From Lama guanicoe (taxonomy: Eukaryota): DNA of 64,000 bases. Under the pieces are notes generated by a model, which saw only the letters and a program-made list of their open reading frames with translations, was not told the origin of the DNA and did no database searches. The position numbers were made by a program, and so were the translations under genes. Below, piece by piece: positions 11,131 to 24,490 of the stretch. Every line of letters starts with the position of its first letter. The first letter of the stretch is position 1. The stretch lies in the NCBI GenBank assembly GCA_013239625.1, contig MU054400.1, positions 4,155,802 to 4,219,801 of the forward strand, written 5' to 3'.

Positions 11131-13802
11131 TGGGCTCACACCCTGTTTCTAAATAAGGGCCTGTGTTCATGCAACGTCAGAGAGGAACTTTTAGGAGGAT
11201 CCTGAGCTGTTCAAATCCTGGTTTTATTTAATTCCGCACTTGCTCGGTGCAAAGAGGCTGCCAAGTGGCTGTTGACCCTTGGGTTTGTGGTGACTGGACT
11301 CTCCAGGTCCACACACAAAGTCAACACATGCAATTAATAGGCAAAAAGCGTTTGGTCACCAGACGCTGTTTCGCCCGGGCAGCACTCAGCCCGCTTGGTC
11401 CGGCGAGCCCCGCGCTGATTTATGTGGCGTCCTATGGCTGGGGGTGCGTGTGCTTTCGGGTTGCTTTATTGTGCCTATTGAGGCTGTGAGAGGAATCCGT
11501 GAATGAAGTGAAATAATGGCGTGCAACCCTTTCTAGCAAAGGAGACCGGCCTTTTAAAAAGATAATTTTTAAGTCTGCATTTAAATATCACGACTGCAAA
11601 TGCTACCTGTGCTTTAACCACTGCTGTTTTCCTACTTGAATCCCCCGCTTGGTGTATCGCCAAAACAGTCACTCCCAAACTTTGCTCTGCATTGCAATCA
11701 TCTGTAAATCTTATTAAAATGTAGGTGCCAGAGCCCCATCCCTGGAGATCCTGATTAAACAGATCTCACCAATATCTGGGAAAATCTGCAGAAGGTCAAA
11801 ATCCTATAAAAATCTATTCCCCTGCAATCGGTTTTCTCGTTTTGTCATAAAGTTCTCCATCCATTCCGTCCATGAAAAGACAGCTCTGGAAACCTCGCCA
11901 GCTTTCCAGTTTCAGAGCAGAGAATGAGTCCCCCTCCAGATCACCTGAAAGCCACGACGCTCCTCTGGTGAAGAAAGATGGATTTTATTTTCTGAGACAC
12001 CAAACAAGCTATGGTAGGCCTCTTGCTGTTTTTCCAAGCGGTTCTCATCTGCTGCCCCGGTGGTGAGGCCTGTGCACACAAGGGCAGTTTTCTCTGCGAC
12101 GAGGCAGGAAGCTGAGCAGTGTCCTCTCCCCACCAGGAGCTGCAGCTCGCGTTTCACAGACGCAAGAGGATCCCGGATTTGGAGAAGGCAACTGGGATTC
12201 TGGACTCCGAGCCAAGCTCCCAAATATTCTAGGGCAAGCACAACAGAAAAAAAAAAAAGTGTATTTGTGTCTGTGTTTTCTTGCTCAAGCAAAGACATGA
12301 ACAGACAATTCTCACAGAAACGTTTCATTTTTCTGGACGATTCTAGAAAACCAGACCTTTGTTTATTTGCGCAAAGACTGCCGTGTGATTCAGATACACA
12401 CCCAGACAGGACAGCACTCTGCCATGTGAAACATCGGCTCTTCTCAATTTTTTTTTTTTGTCTTTTTCTGACTGTAACAATATCACATTTTTTTAACACT
12501 TGCAAAACATAGAAAAGAATGACAAGAAAAGCAGCCCACCCAAAGCCGTACTTTCAGGGAAAGCGAATGTTAATATTTGAGAGAATTGCCTTCCAAGTTC
12601 TATATCTTCATAGGTCATGTGTTATAAAATGAAAATCATAAGTCACTTACCACTTGATGTATTTTGAGAACTGCACCGTATATACTAAACAGCTAAATAC
12701 TATTCCAGCACAAGATGTTTAATTTTCCATTTTGTGGCACTCCCTGGAAAGGTTAAAACAAACAAGCAAGCAAACAAACGAAAAACCTGCCTGCCGTCTG
12801 ACATTTTAGATGGCTTCTTTTTAAAACCATCTTTGTACATTGCTGCAATGAACACCTCATATTAAAATTTCTATTTAACAGAATTGATTAATGTGTCAAA
12901 GGTCTCGCTGCCCATTGTCAGCTGGAACCTGGGCGGTCCAGCTCTGTCAGTGGCCATAGCTGATGGGCTTCCTTGAAGACAAGCTCTTGGAGAGAAAAGT
13001 CTATATTCTTAGGGGGAGCCACAAAACCCCACCCAAGTCCTTGCAAGGGTGGAGGACTCACTAACCCAGGCCCAGCTTTCTGACTCGGGCCACTGTTCTA
13101 GCTCTGTTAAAACAGCAGGAGCTGTGAATTGTAGGATTTGAAGAATGGGGTTTGTGGTGGACGGGATTTTGTCTGGTTTCTCAGTAGCTGCCACCATCAT
13201 TACCCATGTCCCCTTTGGGGAAAATGAGAGACAAGAAGGACCTCATGCAAATTAGAACTCGGACAGAAAAAGAGCATTTTCTCACTGATGACTTCCTGCA
13301 AATCAACAGCAGACGTACAGGACGCAAGTCTGATGAAGGCAAGTGAAAATTTAGTGTCTTCTTAATCGTTGTGGTCGGGACCTACGACTCGGATCTGCCC
13401 CTTGTCACTTCAGTCAGCAGGTCCCAGTCTCTGTGTCTCGGCAACACTCCCAGCTAGTGAGTTCTCTCCCCGCCTCCTGCTGTGTCCGCCTCGACCGTGT
13501 TCTCTGCCAGGACCACTCTCCATCCTCTCCTCCTGCCTGCCCTTGAGGTCTGAGCTTAAATGCGAGCTTCGAGCCAGGTAGGAGGGCCTTGAACCTTGAG
13601 GAAGCCCCTCCCGCAATTTTGGGGGGGTGCAGGTACCTTATATTTTTGTGAACCTAGTGGGTAGAAATTGAAAACAATCTTTTGTTTAAAATTGCAGATG
13701 TTTGTTTGTTTTGTTTTGTTTTGTTTTTAAAAATCACCTATTTTATTTGGGGAAGAGGGGAGGATCGTGCATTTACTCATGGGAAGGGTGGTGCCTGACC
13801 TC

Positions 13803-13930
13803 AGAGCAATGGTTCTCAATTGGGGGTGATTTTTGTCCCCCAGGGGACATGGAGCCTTGTCTGGAGGCATGTCTGGTTGTCTCCATGGGGGAGGCACTGG
13901 CATCTGGTGGGCAGAGGCTGGGGACGCAAA
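13803..13930 (+). mobile_element. MER20 (hAT-Charlie) fragment
   Basis: gcaatggttctcaattgggggtgattttt...caggggaca...ctggcatctggtgggcagaggc. Confidence 0.75.
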
Positions 13931-15624
13931 ACTGCAGATTTTCTTATCTGGCAGGAGGTGGAGACTTAATTTCTCCTGGAAGGCAGACTGTCCTTTTGTC
14001 CAGGAAAAACCATCCCAAGGGGACACTGTGTAGATGTGTGTAGGACCAAGGTCTGCACGTGCTGTGTAGATGCTGTCTACAGTGGTAGTATTGCTTTGTG
14101 AGTGAGAAAGAAGGTATTTCTAGGAAGAGGGCAGAGCAGCCTCTCTGTACGCTACTTTTATTTTTAGGTTGCTTTTGAAGAGGTGTCACAATGAGGAAGG
14201 TGTCTTTGTCTCACCTTGACCTTGGAACTGGGCAGGGCCTCCGTGGTTAGGGAAGAGAGACTAGAAACCGGGGAACTGCTTCCACGGAAGACGTTGTGAG
14301 GCCGTGGGCACAATCATAATTCTGTGGAGCCCAAAGGGACAACATTCAGCACCTCTGCGATACCCCAAACACACCCATACCGTGTTCTGCCTGGTCTTTA
14401 CAAGTAGGTGGGAAAACACCAGTCCTTCTGGTTTTTATTGGACAGCAAGCAGCGTTACCAGATTTTCCTATGCGTGCCAGTGATGGCTGAGCTAATTCTC
14501 TTGGGTGTCTAGGCAAATAATCATACTTCGAAGTTCTATTTTATGCATTTTCACAATGAAAGAAGCCACGTACAGCCAAAGCAAGTGGAATGATTAAGAT
14601 GCTGTTAAGTTTCTGAACACTGGTTGGGAATGCTGGATCTGAGAGTGGACGGGTAAGAGTCTAGAGACAGAGAGATCCTCTAAGACCCCTGGGCAGCGTT
14701 TCGGGAGCAAAGTAATGATGTCCTAAGATAATGGACACTGATCTGATAACAAAAAAATATTTGCCCACACAGACACACACACACATGCTTGAGTATATAG
14801 TTTAGGTGTCATATTGAGTGGTTTTGGTGATGTGGTGGATCAATAAAAACAACTCTCAGGCTCAAAGCCAGAAGCTTGGTAGTCTAAGTAATTGTTAGCA
14901 GGAAATTATTTTTAATAGACAATGAAATCATTTATCTGTAAAGAGGTGATAGGAAGTATTTTAATTAAACTACTCTGTTTACAACAAACACACTTAAGAC
15001 TGTGGATTGGAGAGAAATTCGCTGTTAGTTCAGTTTTTATTTTTCCTCTGTGGTCTGAAACGTCACCCAGCTGTACCCTAAACCCCGTTAATTGGCATGC
15101 ACACCGCGCGTTCCCAGCCTTCAGGGCCACTTTACGGGGCTGTGATCTCGTTTGGGTCGCAAAACAGCCCTGCAGTATGTGTCATAATAGAAAATGGAGT
15201 TTGTGGAGCAGTTTACAGCCGCAAGCACTTTCCCCGATGCGTCCTTCCAAGGTCGTGTACGTGTGCGATGCTGATGGCTTACATCCAGCCCGCGGTGGCA
15301 GCGCGTGGAGGTCTCTGGATACAACGTGCCATTTTGTACTCCCGTGCCTTTGCCTCCCCGACCCCCTCTGGTGAAATGCCCTTCCCCGCCTTGTCCAGCT
15401 GCTGGGCCCCTGAACATTCAGGAAGGGCCCCCCGTTTCCCCAGGGGATGATGGAGGTGTTTGGTAGAGGAAGTGGGGGCAAGCACGGGCAGCATGGTCTG
15501 TAGGAGGGAAGGGCTCGGCTGGTGACCGCTGCAGGGCTGGGGGGTCGCCCCCCATCTGCTTACAGGGACAGCAGCTCAGGCCTGCAGGTGCCTGGGCTGT
15601 CCACGGAGGTGCCAGTGGCGTCCC

Positions 15625-16114
15625 TGTTACCCAGTCCCAGCTCGTACCGCTCGCCACACGACAGGCCAGTAAACTGAGAGATGAGCTGTTGGGACAAGGC
15701 ATCGTGACTTTCTTCGGAAAGCCAGCAGACCGAAAGGATGGTGGACTAGGGTCCAAAGAAGCGTCTTGCCTTAGTTAGAATTCAGGCTTTCTTTATACTA
15801 AAAGAGGAGGACGTAAAGTCAAAACACTCTCTGTTTCCAGTCAACCTCCAGAGAAGAGGCGTTCATTTCTTCCCGCCTGCAGTCATTCACAGGTGGGCCT
15901 GGACAGGATGCTTCCTGGGAGCTAAACAAAGGTACTTTAGCTTAATGTTCATTACCTAGGAGACAGGGTTCCCAGAGATGGGCCATTATATGTAATTTAA
16001 GGTGACAGGCAACATCCCTTTAGTGATTAATTTGTAGCAAAAGCAATAGAATGCAAAGGCTAAAGTAAAAGAAACAGATCCAATATGGAGTCAGATTTGT
16101 TCTTCCCTGTTGCA
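15625..16114 (-). mobile_element. Solo ERV1-type LTR (490 bp)
   Basis: TG...CA termini; 4-bp near-TSD tccc/tcct; minus-strand TATA-like ttttagtataaag and degenerate poly(A) signal (aagaaa) before gtcac; start resembles MER41-group LTRs (gactccatatt). Confidence 0.7.
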
Positions 16115-16978
16115 TCCTGACAATGCAGAAGTGCATCGCCTTGAGCCCGGAGGCATCCTCCTTCCGCACTTCTGCTCCTTAGGCAGCTCACTCCTGTCTC
16201 CAGAGAACAATGCTGGGTGCTCACGCCAGGACTCTGCCCACCCACCCCTCCAGGGTCCCATGGAGTGTGTGTGTGTGTGTGTAAAACACACTTCTTCTCA
16301 AAGGAGAAAGAGAAAGAAAAGGAGTTGTTTGTTCATCTTATAAAGGGGAGCAAAACAGTGGAGCAGAGAAGCAGGGACCCTGCGGTGGTTAGTTCCGTCA
16401 GTTTGGGTACCACTTCCCACCCTTATGCTCGCCTAGCCCCTATTTGTACCCTTATTTTGGTACACGGAATAAATGGCACTGGCTTGGTGACAAGGGACAG
16501 AGTCCCAGTTCAAATTAGCCCCAGCAAATGAAATGAAAGTTGAAGGAGCTTTATTGAATCAAATGTTCAAGCCACAGAGAGGGCCAGGTGGAGCCAGCCC
16601 CGAGCCTCGCTGCTGCCAGGAGCCTGTGTCTCTGCTCCGTCTTTGCTCGTCTCAAGGACTTGGCACCATTCTTTTAGGATGACGCAGGTTGATCACTGAG
16701 GTCATGCAGCTGGGCTCTTCCTGGAGGTGCAGTGAGGGCCACGGACTAATGGAGAAATCTGTGACCCGGACCATCCTTCGCAGTTTTGTCTCCTGGGAGC
16801 ACTCCCTCCTCTGTGCTGTGACTGATTACCCACAGCCCCTCAAGGATGAGGATGATACCTGGTTCCCTTTTGTGTCTTTGCTTTAGTGCAGCGTCTGGAA
16901 TTCAGAAACTCTCCACCAAATGCTTAAAAAATAAAAGAATAAATGAATAAACTCATGGGTGACAATAGAGGCCAGATT

Positions 16979-17070
16979 CTCTCTCTCTCTCTCTCTCTTT
17001 TATAATAGAGGGACTGGGGATTGAACCCTGGACCTGTGCACGCTCAGCATGTGCTATATCCCCTCCTGTC
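16979..17070 (-). mobile_element. Internally deleted Vic-1-like SINE with (CT)n tail
   Basis: ggactggggattgaaccctggacctgtgcacgctcagcatg; TSD gccagatt at 16971-16978 and 17071-17078. Confidence 0.7.
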
Positions 17071-17794
17071 GCCAGATTAAATCAGAAAAGAAAGCCCAGC
17101 TTGGGCACAGTGACAACACACGTGGCCTCAGGTATGTTCTTGTGTGAAGTGGGCTTTAGTTAGTACCTATGGGCTCTGCCTTTCTGGGTGATTTTTTTTT
17201 CCACTTTCTGAACCATAAACCACACTGGAGATTGGGATGAGCGCTCATGAGGCAGATGTGAATACCTTCAAAACGCTCCTGCACCTTGAAAGTGGCACGC
17301 CATCCTACGGCCTCGAGCTGGGTATCTCGTCCGTCCCGCCTGCAAAGGCGGATGCACTGCATTTGTCTAGAAGTCTCCGTTCCCCTCCCACCCCCGCAGC
17401 TAATGTCAAAGATCTCACATTATGGTCGGGTGAACCAGGAGAATATTTTTCCTGCATAACCTTCCTAAATGCCTAAGCGGCAACATCACTGTCAGAAAAT
17501 GCTGAAGCACCATGTTTTTCGCCACCCTGTTTGCAAATAACAAATTAGGTTGACATGACTTTCTCCTGGAACACTGTTTACATTGCACTTTGCCCACGAG
17601 GAATGTTTTGAATTCGAGCAAATTAAGCACTCTCCAAACGTGGTGTTTAAAATAATAAAGAACTCTCCGGAACATTTAAGCGGGGCTGGAGGCTTTCCTG
17701 ACAACACCTGTGATTCCCCAGCTGTTGCCATGGAATTTGGCCACGGACCTTCAGTGTGTTTTTCCTAACATTCGTTTGGCAGACATCACTACGT

Positions 17795-17895
17795 TCAGTT
17801 AACGTCCTCAAGAGAACTCTTTCTCTCCCTCGGACTTGCTACAGGGATTGAAGTCGTCTTAGCATCTCGTACAGAGTCGCCAGCATTAAACAAAA
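17795..17895 (-). pseudogene. Candidate terminal exon (V)LFNAGDSVRDAKTTSIPVASPRERKSSLEDVN*
   Basis: Acceptor ttattacag| at 17896; phase 1, matching the donor at 18039; open to TGA at 17795. Confidence 0.35.
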
Positions 17896-18038
17896 CTGTA
17901 ATAAGATTCCTTAACATACGGGGTGTTTCTGTCCCCAGGCTGCTAAGACTTCCCAATTCATAGGAGACACTATTTTGGAGTTCCACCGAGGGACTGCCCT
18001 TGAAAAGCAAAAAACAAGACAAAAAGAACGACTCTTAC

Positions 18039-18235
18039 CTGAAAGTTGAGGAGGGTGGTGTTGCTTTACTGGGGAGCTGTTTGCTACAGAAGTAATTGAG
18101 ATGATTCCGGGAGCTGTCTTGCCAACTCCGGGAGGGCTTTATGAAGAAATGGGTCATGTGTCGTGGTGGTCATGGAATTATCATTGCTCTGTGCCTGTTA
18201 CTTCATCAAGGACTGGGGTTTTTCACACTGAACCC
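18039..18235 (-). pseudogene. Candidate decayed exon (...SPPGVGKTAPGIISITSVANSSPVKQHHPPQLS)
   Basis: Acceptor ccctttatcctag|, consensus donor CAG|gtaaga; all three frames are interrupted in the 5' half. Confidence 0.4.
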
Positions 18236-18469
18236 CTAGGATAAAGGGTCATTTAAGACTTTGGTTGTGCGGGGAGGGGAGGGCACCAAATACTTAAGTT
18301 ACTTCTGTGCTTTTTGCTTAACCCGCTTTTAAAAATTATTACTTCCTTTTAAAAAGTGAGGGATAGACTCATTTACTATCTCAGATTTAATGAATATAAG
18401 ACTTTATCGTGGTGAAAGTGCTGAATTCTGCCCAGGTGAATTTACCTATTGAATACAATTCCAAAAATA

Positions 18470-18900
18470 AAAGAATCCCAGAGATTTCTTTCTTTTTAAC
18501 TTGGCAAATTGATTGTAAAGTTAATCTGGGGAGAATAAGTTTATGAAATTAGTCAAGACAATTTGGGGAAAGAAGATAATAAAGGAATGTTTGAATTATT
18601 AGATGTCAGCAAATATAAAGTTGCAGTGTTTTGAAAAGCATGACACAAAGTGAGACCACTTACTTGAAAAGAAAGTGTTCCGAAGCTGTCTCTGATGGCT
18701 ACAGGGATTCAATATATGATGAAGATGGCTTTTCAGATAAGTGAAAAAGAGGAATAAACAATTCAAGTGATGGTATTGTGACAACTGGTTAAACATTTTG
18801 GAAGCAAAGCACAGCTACTTACCACTGTAAACAAACATCAGTTCTAGACAGATGGAAGATTTGCATATTAAAAAGAAAAGTGAAGCAAAGGAAGGAAAAA
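18470..18900 (+). mobile_element. Old L1 (L1ME-like) ORF2 fragment
   Basis: aatacaattccaaaa...aacttggcaaattgattgtaaagtt...tggtattgtgacaactggttaaac...gatttgcatattaaaaag. Confidence 0.55.
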
Positions 18901-19355
18901 TAGGGCAGGATAGATGAAAGTTTCCCTAGCATTCCTGATGTGGGTCCTACGTGTGTTACGTGTGCATATACATACATGTGTGTGCGTGTGTGGATGCCAC
19001 ATGTGTGGTCTGTCTCCATTTCAGCCTCCTTATTCCCCTGAGAATGAGCTAGGACCCAAATATAAACTTGTCACTCCCCTATTTGAAATTCTGCAGTGGA
19101 TCCACACCACCTGCCTTAGTAGGATTAAATCCTGAGCCCTGCATAATCTCTGCCGTCTCGACCCTTGTCACTTTCCCACAGACCCTCCGCGCCTCACCTA
19201 TGCCAAGTCCTCAGTTTCTGAACAAGCAACCGCCTCCCTCGCCTCTGTACCTGGCACACGTGATTCTCTCTGTCTGAAATGCTCTTCTCTTCCTCCATCA
19301 CTTGAATAGTTCCTGTTTATCTACTAAGGCTCAATCCTTTGGTTACCATCCAGGA

Positions 19356-19825
19356 TGTATTAGGGTTCTCCAGAGAAACAGAACCCTTATTTGTTTATAT
19401 ATTTATATTTATTCATATATTATATTTATTTATACATTATAGATGTAAGCTGGAGAAACAGGAAAGCTGGTGGTGTGATCCAGTCTGAGTCCAAAGGCCT
19501 GAGAACCAGAGGAGCTGATGATGTAAGTCCCTGTGTGAGTCTGAAGGCCTGAACCAGGGGCACTGATGCCTGAGGGCCGAAGATGGATGTCCCTGCTCGA
19601 GGGGAGAGAGCAAATTCTCTTTTTCTCTGCCTTTTGGTTCCCCTCAGGCCCTCAACAGATTGTACGGTGCTCACCTGCCTTGGTGAGGGTGTATCTTCTT
19701 TAACTCGGTCTACAGGCTGAATCTCTTCCAGAAGCACCCCTACAGATGCACCCAGAAATCATGTTTTCTCAGCCATCTGGGCATCCTTTAGTTCAGACAG
19801 ATTGATGTGTGCAACCAACCACCGC
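19356..19825 (-). mobile_element. MLT2 (ERVL) LTR
   Basis: tgtattagggttctccagagaaacagaacc...aggaaagctggtggtgtga...cagccatctgggcatcc. Confidence 0.85.
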
Positions 19826-20892
19826 CCCAGGCAGACTTGGACTTGCCTCTGTGATGTTGCAGATCAGGGATATCTCTATTGAGCACTTATTTAACTGGAT
19901 TACAGTTGCTGAAGTTTGAAAGTTGTATCTTGATATATGACAAACTTGTCTCATCAAATACAATAGGACAAAAGGATAGAAAGGACAGAGTAAAAGTTTC
20001 CCTCCTCCCCATTCCAACTTCCCTCCAGTCCCACTTCCCAGAGTTAACAGTTTCATGTGTCTCTTTACAGAGATTATCAAAAAGTATAGAGAACAGATAC
20101 ATGTCTTACCACCCTTTTCTTACACAGATGGGATGGTAGAGTATATACTGTCCAACATATGGTGCTTTATATAATTATTATTTTCACTTGTTATTAATCC
20201 CTGAGCTCACATAGACATTAGTATCAAAGGCATCCCCAGAGTTGTTCAGTGTACAGCCTGCGTAACTGTACACAGCAGTCCAGCTGTCTTCCTTGCTACT
20301 TTGGGAGCCACTTAAAGACAAAGACAGTATCTATCTTTTATTTCTATATCCTTCCTGCCTGTTATAATTCCTGGTGTATAGAACTTCCTGTGTGAATGAC
20401 TGAAAATCTCTGAATACAAAGTCTTGTATTCCCTGGACTGCTAACATTCATGGGCACATTAAAATCCTCAGTTCTATAATATTAACACAGCTATGAAAGT
20501 ATCATAGAGAGGTAACCACTTTTCCAAGCCATCAGTCAAATGGGGAAGCCTATTAGAACTCTTTGTGTCCTCTTTGTGATACACTTGGATCTATGTTAGA
20601 AGAGGCTTTGGGAATCAATTACTTTAGCCATTTATATCTGTGGTCTAATTTTATAGATGAGGACATTAAAGCTCAAAGAGGACAAGTGTCTTGCAGTTGA
20701 TCATGGGATAATCAGTGATGGAGTTGAGAGTTCACTTTGGGAGTTTGGACTCTGAGACACACATCCTATTTCAGCCCCGCGAAGCTGCAACATGGAAGAG
20801 CAGACAGAACGCAGATGCTGCGGTGAAATGCTAGGGAGTCCTTGGAGAACGTGGTGCTCTATGACTGCTTAATGATGCCAGGAAGCCTGCTT

Positions 20893-21450
20893 CGTCATTT
20901 AGGATGCTTTGGGCTGCAAGTAACAGAAACCCTAAGTCACACTGGCTTAAACAAGAGGGGAATTCACTGACTCTCCTAAATGGAAATCCAGCTGTAGGCT
21001 GAGCTTTGGGGTCTGTTTCATCCAGGGGCCCTGGTTCATTTCTCTGAGATTTCCTTAATTATGCCTTGCTCTCTGTGTTGGCTTTATCCCCAGGCCGGCC
21101 TTCCTTTTAGTAGCAAAATGACCATTGCAGATTCAGGCTTCATATTTCTACCCTGTCAATTCAGGGGAAAGGAGAATGCTTCTGTCTTGGCCTTCCCAGC
21201 AGGAGTCCTGAAGGTTACCTGGATTGCATCGGTTTAGGTGGCATGCCCACTCCTGATTGTCAAAGAGGGCGGCCAGAAGAGAACACAGTGATGGGTGTAA
21301 GCTGGTCCTGCTCTGCTCCTGAGGATTCCCCCCGGCAGAGGTCACGGGGGCTTTGGGGGAGGAGTTGGAGGCAATATGAGGTTCTGGGTACTGTTAGGAA
21401 AGGAAAGGGTGAAGCTGGATGCCAGGTAGGCAACCAATAAAGCCTACTGA
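20893..21450 (-). mobile_element. Old MLT1 (MLT1J/K-like) LTR
   Basis: ttaggatgctttgggctgcaagtaacagaaaccc...actggcttaaacaa. Confidence 0.65.
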
Positions 21451-21964
21451 CATTGCTCCCTGACTGTCACCTGTTTCTACTAATACAGGACCCGACCAGT
21501 AAAGCCTTCCCCACCCCATGAATTTCCGAGCTTCCCCAGAAGAATGCTCATGTGGGTTCACAGACCAGTCTAATCAGCCAAATGAAGATATCTCAGGTTT
21601 TCCCCCGTTTTCTTCCTTTCTTCTGCCTATTCTACCTCCACTGGACACTGTCTTCTTGGCCAAGCACTGCTAACACTTAGGTCAGAGGCCACCAGCCCAT
21701 CATCTTCCATCTGACACCACCACCATCCCCATGAGGGCGTTCTGCTCCAACAAGGAGAGTCGGCATTCCCTTCACAGCCTTCGGAGAGGCCTCAAAGCAT
21801 AGTTTCTTGTGCCCCAGTGTCTCAAGGAACTCTCTAAGAAAATGATTCTTTCAGTATTTTCTTTGTGAAAAGATTTGAGGAACAGTCTGAGGTCAGACAC
21901 CTCGCTAGTCAGAATTGACTTTCTTCTCCAGTGCGGAGCCCACTTGGCGGCCTGAAAATGCCAT

Positions 21965-22502
21965 CCTTAGGATGGGGGCTTTTAATAGGGGCACCTGTGA
22001 ACTTGAATGGGAAAAAATAATCTCTATTTTTAACATCTCGCTGAAATTCAGCATTTCCTTCAGTTATGAATGTAAGCAACCAGCCACAATTGTAAGCGCA
22101 CTAGTAAGTGACCTTGCCACCAATGGAAACCTCGGGTACCTACAAACATCACCTCCGATTGCTGCAGACATCTGGAACTACTGTCTGTGTTTACCAGTGC
22201 TCGGCAATCATAGTAGTCACTAAACTCACCATTCACTGGACGTTGTTTTTTAAAGAGTCAATCAAGAAGCACACATATTCATATGTTAATGACTTTTCTG
22301 AAATATTTTGATATCATTGATGGCTTTGATAATCATGTATTTTATTATTTTATATATCTATGTATTTATTATATATATAATTACATATATATAATACTAT
22401 ATATTTAATTCGTTTAAAAAATTATTCTGAGAATTTATCCACTGGCTTCCCCAGACTGCCAGAGGGATTCATGGCTCAGAAAAGATTAAGACCCCAGCCT
22501 TA
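21965..22502. mobile_element. hAT-Charlie (Charlie4a-like) DNA transposon
   Basis: gtgaacttgaatgggaaaaaat...gcatttccttcagttatgaatgt...cagactgccagagggattcatggctcagaaaagattaagacccc. Confidence 0.6.
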
Positions 22503-23199
22503 GGATAACTTGTTTCTCTAGAGACATCACAGAACTGGTATTTTAGTTTCCAAGTTAATTTTCCTTTCTATCTGGCAATGTCAATGTGCTCAGTGTTGTA
22601 AATTTAGGATCTGATTATCCTCCGTCCCTGTACTTTGCACTCTTACTATACCAAAGGGGACAAAAAAAAAAAAAACAGAGGAGAAGGGCCTCTTCATTGT
22701 TTAGCACTTGCTACATGACCAGGGCCCCAGTGGTCGAAGGATGCTTATTATAGAGGCAGATGGATCTGGAAGACATGGGCCTTCCTGGCTCCATCACACT
22801 CTGTGTCCCCGAAAGACTCTTCCTCCTTCCCAACTAAGGAAAAGTCAAAAGTATTCAAAAGCCCCAAGTGCCTTGGTTTCCTTCAAATGGTTTTGAAAAA
22901 TGCATTTCTTTTCTTCTCTGCAATGTGGCATTCCCCCTTCCCTCCAATTTCCCTCTTACAAGGGGGAATCAGGTTGGAGGGGGAGTCACATGTGAATCTA
23001 ACATCGCGGGCGATCTAATTACTCACTGCCCCCTTATTTCCAGAGTTCCCAGATTTTGAAATATTTTCTCTCTTGCTTACTTTTCTATTACAGATTTTTC
23101 CAGCCTGTTTCTGAGACCTTCCCAGCTTCACTCTCTCAGCCCTTCCACTGTGTGTTAAAGAGAATTTCAACGTTCCAATAAGAAAAAAAAAAATCACCA

Positions 23200-23660
23200 C
23201 GTTGACATGTCCAAATGCTTATCACTGTCGCAGGCAGCACTTTTGTATAACAATTCAAGCTACGTTCGTTTAGACCTCGAATCATTTATAAAGGCAGGTC
23301 CCTCCCGACGACGCCGGCAGAGAATAGCCGCCCGCGTGGGTGGTCCGGGCCCCGGAGCCCAAACGCCAAGGGAACAGATGACATCATGGATTCACATGGC
23401 AAGCTTATGGAGCCGCGGTTCAGCCCGCCCGGCGGAGCAGCAGTCCGGAGCTGCCTGCATTCTCTCTGCCGGAGCATTCTCCGCTCCAGAGTCACAGGAC
23501 CGGGACGCTTCGAGATGATATTTTTAAACCTGACATTCAAAAAGACTGGAACATTCACAAGCATTGGCAAGACGCTGCTGAAACTACACATTCCGAACGG
23601 GGCAGCGCGGTGGGCTGGGGCGGGGGTGGTCATCACACAGAATGATTTCGCAGAGTGGCA
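23200..23660. promoter_or_regulatory. Small CpG-rich, repeat-free island (candidate enhancer/promoter)
   Basis: Many CpGs (cgacgacgccgg, gccgcccgcg, cccgcccggcgg) in a CpG-poor background; CRE-like tgacatca at 23379-23386. Confidence 0.45.
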
Positions 23661-24234
23661 CAGCAGACCCTTTGCCTGCCTGAATTGCTAATTCTGTCCT
23701 CCCCATCCCCCCCACCCCCATGCCAAAAAGACTGTTATCCATCTTTTCCCAGACTTCTGTTAGGCGTTCTGGGCTGGCACAGAGGGGAGCAATGCACCGA
23801 TTTCTGCATGGACCCTGTAGGAATTGCAGTCTGGGATGAGGTTTACAAGAACACAAGTTAAATCAGACTTACGTGGAGTTTCCACCAGATTTCAAGGTTA
23901 TTGGAGAACACCTGCCACTGGCAAGAGTGTCCCTGAATGCCAGCCCAGAGACCCACTGAACTTCCTGCTCTCATTGTGCTCTTCCCAAGCTGAAGAATCT
24001 GAGGTCAGCTGCCTCCGGCAGCATCTCTACCTTTCTCCGGGATGCTCTTCAGCCATGATGTGCGCGTGGCATTTCTCCTTTCTGAGAAGCTGTCCTATTA
24101 TGAGCAATTACTTTCCTTCCTTAGCTACGTATTATCCTTTTAGTAACCAATATGTTAGTTATGTTTGGGGATTTCCTCCAATAAGAGCTATGGTTGTCCC
24201 CTCAAATTAAACAATTACATTTTCCAGCTATAAG

Positions 24235-24490
24235 CTTAAGAGCTCAGTGGATCCAGCCTACCTGAGTTTAAATCTTGACTGTAACTCTCAGTAGTTTTGT
24301 GAACTTGGGCAAGTTCCTTAACCCTCTTGCATCCCAGTTTCCTCATCTGAAAAATGAGATCACAATTATTAGGATCTAACCCATAGTGTTGTCTGGAGAG
24401 CAGGTGAGTTAATACATATAAAATGCATAGAATAGCCGTTAACATATAGTGAATGGTAGCTTTTTTTTTTATTACTATTGTTAGTATTGT
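24235..24490 (+). mobile_element. MIR SINE
   Basis: gtgaacttgggcaagttccttaacc...cagtttcctcatctgaaaaatgag. Confidence 0.8.

Noticed and set aside
11912..12512. Overlapping 197-aa and 150-aa ORFs
   Set aside because: They run through homopolymer tracts and have no domain-like features or supporting splice structure.
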